This document shows positions 1-8,292 of a stretch of 64,000 nucleotides of DNA, one piece after another. How positions within the stretch are numbered: position 1 is the stretch's first letter; each line of letters starts with the position of its first letter. The translations under genes and the position numbers were made by a program. This DNA comes from Lachnospiraceae bacterium (GTDB taxonomy: Bacteria > Bacillota > Clostridia > Lachnospirales > Lachnospiraceae), in assembly GCA_045661345.1 (NCBI GenBank), contig JAZRFM010000016.1, positions 3,626-67,625 on the forward strand, in the 5' to 3' direction. The notes below the pieces were generated by a model. The model saw nothing but the letters and a program-made list of their open reading frames with translations, was not told the origin of the DNA and ran no database searches.

Positions 1-2697
1 GCCCCGGAGCAGGAAGTGGAAGAGAATACCTTAAAGATCAACAAACTCCTGGATCATGCCGCAGATCTTCATCTTACACCCATACAAAAGAAAGATCTTG
101 AGATCCGGCGAAATCGGAATCTGAATTTTGGGCTGGTCTATGATCGGTCAAAGGCGGATGAAAGTAAAGAGATGGATGTTGTCAGGAATGATATTCGTGC
201 ATATGAAAAATTATTGTTTCAGGCTCCCAAAACAGAGGAAGAGCGACAGCAGAAGTTTGAAGAGGCAAGGGCACACTGCCAGAAAATGATAAATGATTGC
301 GATGCCTATCTGAACAGGGACAGGGGATGGTCTTTCCGTTTTTGGAAGCAGGCTCGTAATGAACATGTCTTAGCGGCAAAAGAACGGTTTCGAAAAGATT
401 ATAATACCTTCACAATACTCCTGGGGGCACATGATGAGATGAAAAAAGCTTTCCATGCTGATGACAGGCTGATCGATCTGATGAATGGGGAAGCGATCAA
501 GGAGCGTATGACGCTGAATACCCTGGAGCAGGTACAGAAGCAAGCTGAGGAACAAAAACTGATTCAGGATCAGCAGCAATATTTGAAACAGCATCAGGCA
601 GACTGGGCGAACGAACTCAAAAGTTTTAACAATGCAGAAAACGAAGCGGCACAGAAAAAGACCGGATATAAGTTGCTGAAGAAGATGGCAGATGTACTTC
701 TGAAAAGCAAGGAATTCGGCCCGGGTCTTGCGAAGAAATATGCGGGAGATGATATCGAGGGTATCGCCTTTTCGTATCAGATGGCCATTGCCGAACAGGG
801 TACGCAGAAAGATCAGGAGCTCCTTTACGATTTTAATGCGGAGGAGATCCGGCGCGTTCAGCAGGAAACTGTTCAGAACAAAGTGATCCGGGATGTGGTG
901 AGACCGCTCCTTCCGGGGGTTTTGGAAATGAGCTCGGTTTTGCGTGACCTCATCAAAGAAAAGGTGGACGAAAGCATTAGCCATGAAGAAAACAATAGGA
1001 TGGAAATAGAAAAATCCTTCCCGAAGGGGTTTCCCGTACAGGATTATGAGGATCCGAAGGTGCGGGAGAAGTTTCGTGCCCAGGTGAAGGAAAAGATGGG
1101 CCGTGGAATGAAGCTTTCGGATGCAGTGGAAGAGGCGTTAAAGGATCGTCGTCAGGCTTTGAGAGAATATGTCGAAAACGAAACCAGGAAAAATAGCCTG
1201 GTCCCGGTGATGTCGGATAAGGAGATCGCCGCCATGAATAAAGAAGGAAAGCTGTATTCCGGGATCAGCGAGGAGCAGTGGAAAAAGAGCGGAGGCGCGA
1301 CTTATAGGAAGATCATGACAACAGCTGAAGCAGAGAAACTGGTGGCAAAAAGCAATGGCTTCTTATGTGCCGTCAAGGTAAAGGTTGCACCCGGAGAGGA
1401 TCCTTTGCCCGGCGTGCGCGAGATCCGTCCGAGTCTTCCCGAAACGGCCGTGATCAATGGAGAGAACGTACCTCTTCGAAAGATTTATAATCTGCTGGTC
1501 AAAACCTATATCACGATGGCGACCAATCCGGATGGTTCGTTGAAGGAAGATACGACAGAACTTGTTGAGAAATTTGAAAATCTGGTCAGATTTATGCCTC
1601 AGGCGCAGGGAAACAAGGACGCGATCGCAGAGGGGAAGAGGATCTTAGAGCATACGTTTCTGCCCGTCATGCAAGAACTTCTGGAGGCGCAGTACGAAAA
1701 AGAAGGAAATATGGAGGCCAAGGAAAACGCGGCCGATGAGGTTGAGGGGATCTGCCGTGGTCTGATGACGGTCCTGACGAATATGAAGACCTATTTCATG
1801 GGCCCGGAGGTATCGCTGAATGCAAAAGCCGACTCTGTGAAAAACCTGTTGAATACGGATATGGCAAAATTATCCGCACATCTTGAGACGATCAAGCTGA
1901 AGATATGGGAGACCGACGAAGAAGGCAAGGAAAAGCTTGTGGAGAGAGTACCAACGAAAGAAGAGATAGAGAAGGCGATCGAAGCTACGTTCCATGATCT
2001 GGAACTGGCAAATCTGGCAATGAAACAGGTACGGGACTTGGATCCGAACGCACCGGATATTCCGATCCAAAATGCCTGTTCTGCAAACGGGATCTTCTAT
2101 TCATCGATGAGAATTCTGCTCTACGGGGGAGAGAAACAAGAAGCCCGTTATCTTTCCAAAGATTATGTGGTTCAACGTCCGGAGGATGTGCGCCGGTATC
2201 TGTTAAAGAACTTTGATCTGCTTGCGCCGGGTGCGGATGCCACACCGGCAGAATTGGTAAATTATCGAAGGCAGCTGGAAGAGATCTCTTTTCAAAAAGG
2301 GCAGACGTTTCAAAGCGGTATGGAAAACGAGGACATCAAAACTTTGTGCAAGGTCGCGAACGCCTTTGCCAAATATGTGTACCATGTCGCGGCAGACATC
2401 GTCAATAATGAAGAGGACGGACTCGTTACCATCGAAGGCTTTGCGGCAGAGACCGGCCAGTATCTGGTAGAACCCTTTACCATGCATGGCGCCATCGGGC
2501 AGTATCGGGGAGAGACGCATGAAGAAATAACCCATGACGTCAATGCAATCAAGAATACCGGCTTCAATACCTATTATAACTCGGACAATCCCTTTGCTTC
2601 CAATATAATAGATACATTGAAGATCTATATCAAGATGGAATTGCAGAGTTCTCCGGAGAAATATCAGAATAAGAGAAGGAATGGTTCACACCAGTGA
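1..2697 (+). CDS. Large paralog A, 5'-truncated by the window edge. It has the shared helical N-terminal domain of the four-member family and a unique ~650-aa C-terminal region with no kinase-like motif.
   Basis: Frame 1 is open from nt 1 (APEQEVEENTLKIN...). It aligns with residues ~55 onward of the 8293..11352 protein (VSEQQVAANTLKIN...), so the true start lies upstream of the window. Identity to B is roughly 60% by eye over the first ~170 aa (DLEIRRNRNL, KTEEERQQ, DRLIDLMN), then the sequences are unrelated. Confidence 0.85.
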   Translation, partial: APEQEVEENTLKINKLLDHAADLHLTPIQKKDLEIRRNRNLNFGLVYDRSKADESKEMDVVRNDIRAYEKLLFQAPKTEEERQQKFEEARAHCQKMINDCDAYLNRDRGWSFRFWKQARNEHVLAAKERFRKDYNTFTILLGAHDEMKKAFHADDRLIDLMNGEAIKERMTLNTLEQVQKQAEEQKLIQDQQQYLKQHQADWANELKSFNNAENEAAQKKTGYKLLKKMADVLLKSKEFGPGLAKKYAGDDIEGIAFSYQMAIAEQGTQKDQELLYDFNAEEIRRVQQETVQNKVIRDVVRPLLPGVLEMSSVLRDLIKEKVDESISHEENNRMEIEKSFPKGFPVQDYEDPKVREKFRAQVKEKMGRGMKLSDAVEEALKDRRQALREYVENETRKNSLVPVMSDKEIAAMNKEGKLYSGISEEQWKKSGGATYRKIMTTAEAEKLVAKSNGFLCAVKVKVAPGEDPLPGVREIRPSLPETAVINGENVPLRKIYNLLVKTYITMATNPDGSLKEDTTELVEKFENLVRFMPQAQGNKDAIAEGKRILEHTFLPVMQELLEAQYEKEGNMEAKENAADEVEGICRGLMTVLTNMKTYFMGPEVSLNAKADSVKNLLNTDMAKLSAHLETIKLKIWETDEEGKEKLVERVPTKEEIEKAIEATFHDLELANLAMKQVRDLDPNAPDIPIQNACSANGIFYSSMRILLYGGEKQEARYLSKDYVVQRPEDVRRYLLKNFDLLAPGADATPAELVNYRRQLEEISFQKGQTFQSGMENEDIKTLCKVANAFAKYVYHVAADIVNNEEDGLVTIEGFAAETGQYLVEPFTMHGAIGQYRGETHEEITHDVNAIKNTGFNTYYNSDNPFASNIIDTLKIYIKMELQSSPEKYQNKRRNGSHQ

Positions 2698-2814
2698 TCG
2701 GTTTCGCCTGAATAAAGGGAGGTACTCGCTTATGAAAACTACCTCAACTGCATCCAATGGATGCCTTACCTCGATTAGCGCATAGTCCCAATTTGACGTG
2801 CGCATTACATATCG

Positions 2815-2859
2815 GCCTATGGAGCAGCTGATGATCTCCATAGGCTGGTTTTTTATTTT
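2815..2859 (+). terminator. Rho-independent terminator downstream of paralog A
   Basis: Perfect 10-bp stem gcctatggag (2815-2824) / ctccataggc (2836-2845), 11-nt loop, followed by tggttttttatttt. Confidence 0.75.
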
Positions 2860-2948
2860 GTCATTTTATTGAGATAAATGACGTATAGACGTATAAGATT
2901 AAAGATATTTGTTCTTTACCTGGGATATATCAGATCAACGGACTGTCA

Positions 2949-3425
2949 ATGCTCCCTTTGCAGATCGTGATTCCGTCAGAACTTGAAGAGGAAGATTTCA
3001 AGACGCTCCGGCTAATGATGCCGAATGCTGATGAAAAAGTTTTTCATACATTTATGGAGGAGGCTCACGGATACACTGATAAAGCAGATCGCCAAGATGC
3101 CAGCGCAGTTCTGCACGTTATCACTGCTTCAAACAAGGAATTGTTTAAGAAGATATGGGAGGAACAGACTATGCAGGATTATTTAACAGAGCTTATGAGT
3201 GATAAATTTGAAGAGGCAATTCAAGGTGAACGAAAAACCATTATCGAGAATATGCTTCGGAAGGGCAAAACACCGGAGGAGATCAGCTCCCTTACCGGAC
3301 TTGCGCTGGAGCATGTCCAAAAGTTTTTTTTCGAAAAGTGTCCAAATATCAACCTGTCCGTTGATCGCAATTTTATGAGCACATTTCCAGGCTTGATGAG
3401 TCGTTTCGGTAAAAATTATTCTTGA
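2949..3425 (+). pseudogene. Probable C-terminal fragment of an Rpn/YhgA-like (PD-(D/E)XK 'putative transposase') protein
   Basis: The 158-aa ORF ends in ...ERKTIIENMLRKGKTPEEISSLTGLALEHVQKFF, which resembles the helix-turn-helix tail typical of Rpn-family proteins. No N-terminal nuclease half or convincing RBS is present. It sits in an AT-rich spacer next to a tRNA. Confidence 0.35.
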
Positions 3426-3455
3426 CATTTACATACAGAGTATTTGTGATATGAT
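3422..3455 (+). promoter_or_regulatory. Candidate sigma-A-type promoter upstream of tRNA-Ala
   Basis: Perfect TTGACA at 3422-3427. The -10 is ambiguous (tgtgatatgat at 3445-3455), so spacing cannot be fixed. Confidence 0.3.
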
Positions 3456-3527
3456 GTAAGGAAAGAGCTCCCCGGTGGTAGCACTCTGCGGGTATACAGG
3501 GAGCTTGGAAAACTGAACAGATAACAG

Positions 3528-3600
3528 GGGGCATTGGCGCAGCTGGGAGCGCGCAACACTGGCAGTGTTGAGGTCACGGGTTCGAGCCCCGTATGCTCCA
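3528..3600 (+). tRNA. tRNA-Ala, anticodon GGC
   Basis: A 73-nt cloverleaf was folded by hand. Acceptor stem GGGGCAT/ATGCTCC contains the G3:U70 alanine identity pair. D stem GCGC/GCGC. Anticodon stem CAACA/TGTTG with loop CTGGCAG (GGC at 3561-3563). T arm ACGGG-TTCGAGC-CCCGT. Discriminator A. CCA is not encoded. Confidence 0.92.
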
Positions 3601-3627
3601 TTGGAACTTGCTTTCTTCCCGGTCTGT

Positions 3628-3661
3628 ATCCCGCGGTCTCTACGGGCTTTGCGGATTTTTT
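3628..3661 (+). terminator. Possible terminator after tRNA-Ala
   Basis: Imperfect stem atcccgc / gcggat (one bulge) followed by tttttt at 3656-3661. Confidence 0.4.
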
Positions 3662-3841
3662 CAAACAGCCGGTTATGGGAGCAATCGGTGCTTTTTTATT
3701 TCAGTGAGCACCAGCGAAACACTTTCATCATCGTATCATGTACAAGATCCCTTATTCTCGAAACACATTATGGTCAGGTTATCAAATTGCGCTGCGCCGT
3801 CTATAAAGCGCGTGACAGCGTATGTGACAGGAGGAGCCCTT

Positions 3842-4651
3842 ATGGAAAAATATATTGAAGGAAACAAAGAAGCGTGGGAAGAAGCGTTTGATCACAGAGA
3901 CCCATCATGGGGAACAGACATCACAGACCGCATCCGAAAAGAGGATTATCCCTTTTTCCATGAAGAGATGAAAAGCGTTCTGGAACAGCTTGATACGGAA
4001 GGGAAAGTGATTGGACATTTTTGCTGCAACAATGGCCGGGAGCTGCTTTCTCTGGTAAAATGCGGAAAAGCGGCAAAAGGGATAGGGTTTGATATTGCAG
4101 AGAATCAAGTGGCATTCGCCAACGAGAAAGCAAAAGAGTTGAATGTGCCCTGTGTTTTTGAAGCTGTGAACGTTTACGATATAGATGACCGCCACAAAGA
4201 GCAGTTTGATATTGTCATCATCACGATCGGCGCACTCTGCTGGTTTGATGATCTGAAACGGTTCTTTGGCGTTGTTTCAAAGTGCATGAAGCCGGGTGCG
4301 GTGATCGTGATCCATGAACAGCACCCGTTAACAAACATGCTGGCGACGGAAGGCGAAGAGCAATACGACCCGGAACATAAAACGGAATGCTGCTATTCCT
4401 ATTTTGCGCATGAATGGAAAGGAAATGAGGGAATGTATTACATAACCCGGAAAGCTTACCATTCAAAGACATTTACGGATTATACCCATCCCATGTCTGA
4501 GATTATCACCGGGATGTGCAGCAGTGGGATGGTTGTGTCCGGGTTGCAGGAGTTTGATAACGATATCAGCGGTGGCTTTGCAGCAATTAATCGCTGCGGG
4601 TATCCCCTTTCCATGATCATACAGGGGAAAAAGCCGCTGTCACCCTTGTAA
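3842..4651 (+). CDS. Class I SAM-dependent methyltransferase
   Basis: ATG at 3842 is preceded by AGGAGG; the listed 3593 start would run through the tRNA. Methyltransferase-fold motif I-like segment VIGHFCCNNGRELL ... GIGFDIAENQV and post-I acidic residues. Confidence 0.75.
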   Translation: MEKYIEGNKEAWEEAFDHRDPSWGTDITDRIRKEDYPFFHEEMKSVLEQLDTEGKVIGHFCCNNGRELLSLVKCGKAAKGIGFDIAENQVAFANEKAKELNVPCVFEAVNVYDIDDRHKEQFDIVIITIGALCWFDDLKRFFGVVSKCMKPGAVIVIHEQHPLTNMLATEGEEQYDPEHKTECCYSYFAHEWKGNEGMYYITRKAYHSKTFTDYTHPMSEIITGMCSSGMVVSGLQEFDNDISGGFAAINRCGYPLSMIIQGKKPLSPL

Positions 4652-4741
4652 ATCTGATTCCGAGGTCCTGTATGCGTATAAAAACACGGTGCCATGCTGA
4701 TTTCACAAAACGGCGGATGCCATAAAACACGGAGGAAAAGT

Positions 4742-5698
4742 ATGAAGATCGTTTTACTGGAGAGACTGAGCGTTGGAACGGATATGGATGTTTCCTGTTT
4801 TGAGGAGCTGGGAGAGTTCGTTTCCTATGACAATACGATTACCGTGGAGGAAGTGGCGGAACGGATCCATGATGCGGATGCGGTTATCGCCAATAAGGCG
4901 CCGATGAACGAGCTTTCCTTAAGGGATGCGCCCAATGTCCGGTTTATAGGAGAACTGGCCACCGGATATGATAACTGTGATATTTCATATTGCAGGGAGA
5001 GAGGCATCCGGGTGGCAAATGTGAGCGATTACTGTACCGCGATGGTTGCCCAGCATACCTTTACCCTGGCGCTGGCTCTTTCACAAAAGCTTTTCCATTA
5101 TGACAGCTATGTGAAATCAGGAGAGTATGCTTCTCAAAAGAGATTCTCAAATTTTGACCTTCCTTTCAGGGAGCTGGATCATAAGACCTGGGGGATCGCA
5201 GGATACGGAAATATCGGAGCAAGGGTTGCCAAAATTGCGGAAGCCTTTGGATGCCGGGTACTGATTCATTCCATTACCGGGAAAAAACATGATACCTCTC
5301 TTCGGCAGGTAGATAAGGAAACGCTCTTAAAGGAAAGCGATTTTCTCTCACTTCACTGCCCCTTAAGTGATTTAAGCAGAAATTTCATAGATAAAAAGGC
5401 GCTGTCCATGATGAAACCCTCGGCCATACTCATCAATGTTGCAAGGGGCCCCGTGGTGGATAACGCGGCGCTCCATGAAGCACTGGAAAATGGCACGATC
5501 TCGGGAGCGGGACTGGATGTTCTGGAAAAGGAGCCTCTGGCAAAGGACAATCCTTTGGGACAGATCAAAGACAGCGGGAAGCTCATCATCACGCCTCATC
5601 TCGCCTGGGCCTCGGTTGAAGCCAGGGAGAGGTGCGTGAAGGAGGTTTTTCTGAACCTGAAAGCCTTTATGGAAGGAAAAGAGAGAAATGCTGTGTGA
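4742..5698 (+). CDS. D-isomer-specific 2-hydroxyacid dehydrogenase (glycerate/hydroxypyruvate reductase-like)
   Basis: MKIVLLERL start with a GGAGGA RBS. NAD-binding GIAGYGNIGARVA, catalytic-region NVARGPVVD, and PHLAWAS near the C-terminus are typical of the family. Confidence 0.85.
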   Translation: MKIVLLERLSVGTDMDVSCFEELGEFVSYDNTITVEEVAERIHDADAVIANKAPMNELSLRDAPNVRFIGELATGYDNCDISYCRERGIRVANVSDYCTAMVAQHTFTLALALSQKLFHYDSYVKSGEYASQKRFSNFDLPFRELDHKTWGIAGYGNIGARVAKIAEAFGCRVLIHSITGKKHDTSLRQVDKETLLKESDFLSLHCPLSDLSRNFIDKKALSMMKPSAILINVARGPVVDNAALHEALENGTISGAGLDVLEKEPLAKDNPLGQIKDSGKLIITPHLAWASVEARERCVKEVFLNLKAFMEGKERNAV

Positions 5699-5748
5699 AG
5701 ATGAAGCCGCTGCTTGGGCAAAGGAAGCCGGCTATGCTGCAGCGATCC

Positions 5749-6753
5749 CTACAGCTGAATATCAATCCCTGCGGGGGCTGAGATATCCGCGCCCTGAGGG
5801 ACGACAAAAGACCCAGCCGCATATCCGCTGAAATCAGCCTGCATTCCCGGAATGGCGGCCCCTTTTTCCATCTGGTGCTTGATCGTCGCTTTCAGATAAT
5901 CCATATCCGCCTTGACGATCGCTTTCTGCTCCGCAGCACGGTGCTTTCGCTTCAGCTCTTCCAGTTCCTCCCTGCTCATGTGCGGATCCAGAACCTCCAT
6001 GTTTTCCAGCTGAGCCATTGCCTCTTCCAGCTGTTCCAGCTCCTCCTCCCCGAATTCCGAGATCATCTCGTTCAACTCGGTCATCGCCGCATCGGAAAGC
6101 GCCTCACTGCGCTCCTTTGCCTGCGAAGTGAGTTCCTCCAGCATTTCGCTGCGTTCCTCGAAGATCGCATCCTCTGTTTCGGTCACTTCCTCTTCCTCGG
6201 CTTCGACCAGGGAACTTTTAAGCGCAGCGGCTGCTTCCTCGGAAGCCTCCTGTTTTTCGTCACGCTTCCCTGTGTTTTCCACCAGCTCCTCCAGCTCAAG
6301 GTGATGCTTCTTTTTCCTCGCCACCAGCTCCATTCGTTTGGCGTGAGTCAGTTCCGCCTGCAGATCCTCCGGGTCTCCGTCTCCTGCCGAGACTTTTCGC
6401 TTCACTTCCAGCACCTTCCGCTTCGCGGCAATCACGGCCTGTCCGGCACCGAGGGCATTTTTTGCCCTCAGGATCTTCATTTCCACTTCCTTGAAGTTAT
6501 ATGTTCTTTTGGATTTGGCTTCCTTCTTTTTGTTCTTCGTTGATGTGCCCGTCAGCTCCAGAAATCCGTTTTTCTTGTTCTGAGGCATCCGGCTTTCCTC
6601 CATGCCCCGAATCAGCGCTCTGATCTTCTCTGTTTTTTCCGCCTTTTCTTCCGCTTTTCGGTCGGCGGAGGCGTTATTCCAGAAGGAGGCGAGAGCTGAA
6701 CTCTTCTGCAGGGAAGATGTGTAAGGTTTTTGAGAAAAAAATACCGTATTCAT
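5749..6753 (-). CDS. Hypothetical protein, highly charged K/E-rich, predicted coiled coil
   Basis: 334-aa ORF with a GGGGAGGG RBS. Second gene of a two-gene minus-strand operon, 15-nt gap from the upstream gene. No recognisable catalytic motif. Confidence 0.7.
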   Translation of the reverse strand: MNTVFFSQKPYTSSLQKSSALASFWNNASADRKAEEKAEKTEKIRALIRGMEESRMPQNKKNGFLELTGTSTKNKKKEAKSKRTYNFKEVEMKILRAKNALGAGQAVIAAKRKVLEVKRKVSAGDGDPEDLQAELTHAKRMELVARKKKHHLELEELVENTGKRDEKQEASEEAAAALKSSLVEAEEEEVTETEDAIFEERSEMLEELTSQAKERSEALSDAAMTELNEMISEFGEEELEQLEEAMAQLENMEVLDPHMSREELEELKRKHRAAEQKAIVKADMDYLKATIKHQMEKGAAIPGMQADFSGYAAGSFVVPQGADISAPAGIDIQL

Positions 6754-6768
6754 TTTCTTCCCTCCCCG

Positions 6769-7647
6769 TCATCCTTTGAAATCGATATGGGTTCCCATCG
6801 TCATCTCCGCTTCCGCCAACACATGGTCGGAGGCATACTGATAGGAAAACTCCCGCACTTTGGAAAGCAAACCTTCCAGAGAATCCGACTCGAAGGTCTC
6901 GACCGTATCCTTCTTTTCTATCGGCTCTCCTTCTTTTTTCTCAGTTCCCTTTTCTGCTTTCCGCTGATCTCTGGTCTTTTGGATGCGATCCTCGCGCTCC
7001 TGCTTCTCGGCCCTCTTCTTTTCCTTTATTTTTTGTTCTTTCTTTTCGGTCGCTTTCTTTTCTATGCGCTTCTTCTGCAGATCGTTTGCCTTGTCCACAG
7101 CCGCGAAAAAGCTTTCCTTGCCGTTCGCATCCACCGATATCCCGAAATTCTTCACGTTTGCGCCGCTGCTGGCAAGGCTGTTCTTTGCCTCTGTCAGCTT
7201 CGCACCGGACATGGAAATGATCCCCTCGTACTTTTTACGGAAGGATTCATCCTGAGCCATGCGTTCGATCTTGTCTTCGTCGATCAAAACCACCTGTTTA
7301 TTTGCATTGCCATAGGAAGCTGCGTTCGCCTGTACCTGACTCTTCGTGTCCCTGCTGACGGTGATGAATTCCATATTATGAAACTTTGATTTCAGCTTAC
7401 TCAAATAATCCTTCGCCTGATCCGAAAGCTTCACATCCCCGATTGTATTCCCATATTCGGTTACTTTTGGTACAAGGGAATTCTTTGCGTTGACAGGAGA
7501 AAAACCCGTGTTTGCGGTTTTATTCTCCTTTACAGAGCCGGTCTGACCGCTTCTTTCCGCAGCCGCCCCTTTTGTATTCTCCGGCTGCCCCGGTCTGTAC
7601 GCCTGATTTGCCTGCTGATAAGCAGAAATGCCGTAAAAACCCGTCAT
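6769..7647 (-). CDS. Hypothetical protein with a K/E-rich central tract
   Basis: 292-aa ORF with a GGGAGG RBS. The N-terminal part (GNTIGDVKLSDQAKDYLSKLKSKFHNMEFITVS ... VVLIDEDKIERMAQDESFRKKYE) looks like a conserved Clostridia hypothetical family whose name I cannot give with certainty. Confidence 0.7.
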   Translation of the reverse strand: MTGFYGISAYQQANQAYRPGQPENTKGAAAERSGQTGSVKENKTANTGFSPVNAKNSLVPKVTEYGNTIGDVKLSDQAKDYLSKLKSKFHNMEFITVSRDTKSQVQANAASYGNANKQVVLIDEDKIERMAQDESFRKKYEGIISMSGAKLTEAKNSLASSGANVKNFGISVDANGKESFFAAVDKANDLQKKRIEKKATEKKEQKIKEKKRAEKQEREDRIQKTRDQRKAEKGTEKKEGEPIEKKDTVETFESDSLEGLLSKVREFSYQYASDHVLAEAEMTMGTHIDFKG

Positions 7648-7814
7648 AACTCTTTACCTCCCTGTAAATGTCATGAAATCCATTTCATGCTGTTACCGTA
7701 ACCGCCGGATTTCTCCTGACGTTTGCGATAAAAGCGACAATATTGGTTATCTTCTCTTTATATCGGCACGAAGTCCGTTTCTCTTAACCCCGAAAAACAT
7801 TTTTTTGATTGATT

Positions 7815-7864
7815 TTGTACTTTTGACAAAAACTTCCAAAATCGGCTTGTACTTTTGACAAAAA
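7815..7864. promoter_or_regulatory. Two exact 18-bp direct repeats, TTGTACTTTTGACAAAAA, starting 32 bp apart. Candidate operator or promoter elements in the 645-bp divergent intergenic region.
   Basis: Copies at 7815-7832 and 7847-7864. Each contains TTGACA and the imperfect dyad TTGTAC-N3-TGACAA. Confidence 0.4.
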
Positions 7865-8209
7865 AGGGCTTCTAGAGCAGAACAAGCGGTTTGAACTCAG
7901 TGATTTGAAAAGGGAGTGCATTATGACCGTCATATTTTCACGCGACACCTATTACGCCAGTGATGCGATCGGAGCTCAATGCTGTGCGTTATCAGGAATA
8001 ACTCACCCCGATTTTTTGTACTATTTGGAGAATCAACGCTCAGATTTTACACATTTCATTTACAAAAGCTTAAAATATGAGATAATTCAAAGAGATGCGG
8101 AAGGCTATCGACAATCAGATCCCGGAAAGGATTCATCAGAAATAAGAGGCGCTGTTTTGACAGCAGGACAGGGCTGAAACAAAGAAAAATGATATTTATT
8201 TAACAAATA

Positions 8210-8238
8210 CTGCCATTTATGCAAATTGATCGTATAAA
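8210..8238 (+). promoter_or_regulatory. Candidate promoter of paralog B, conserved with the promoter of paralog C
   Basis: -35 CTGCCA (8210-8215), 17-bp spacer, -10 TATAAA (8233-8238). The surrounding ~55 bp aligns with 18725-18775 upstream of paralog C. Confidence 0.5.
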
Positions 8239-8292
8239 CAGTTAACCGAAGAAAACGTCTATGTAACTCTGGCGCAGAAGGAGGAAAAAAGT

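Noticed and set aside
3593-3841. N-terminal extensions offered by the ORF track, for example 3593 for the methyltransferase, 32299 for deoD, 28270 for the HhH protein, 55105 for xdhA, 43471 for carbamate kinase and 13624 for the second PP2C.
   Set aside because: The extensions overlap a tRNA or neighbouring genes, lack an RBS, and do not align with the family N-termini. In each case an internal ATG with an AGGAGG-type RBS matches the expected protein start.
7905-8177. A 90-aa ORF (or 84 aa from the ATG at 7923) in the spacer upstream of paralog B.
   Set aside because: A weak GGGAG lies before the ATG at 7923, but the ORF has no recognisable domain and sits in AT-rich promoter DNA. I cannot support it as a gene without conservation or expression data.
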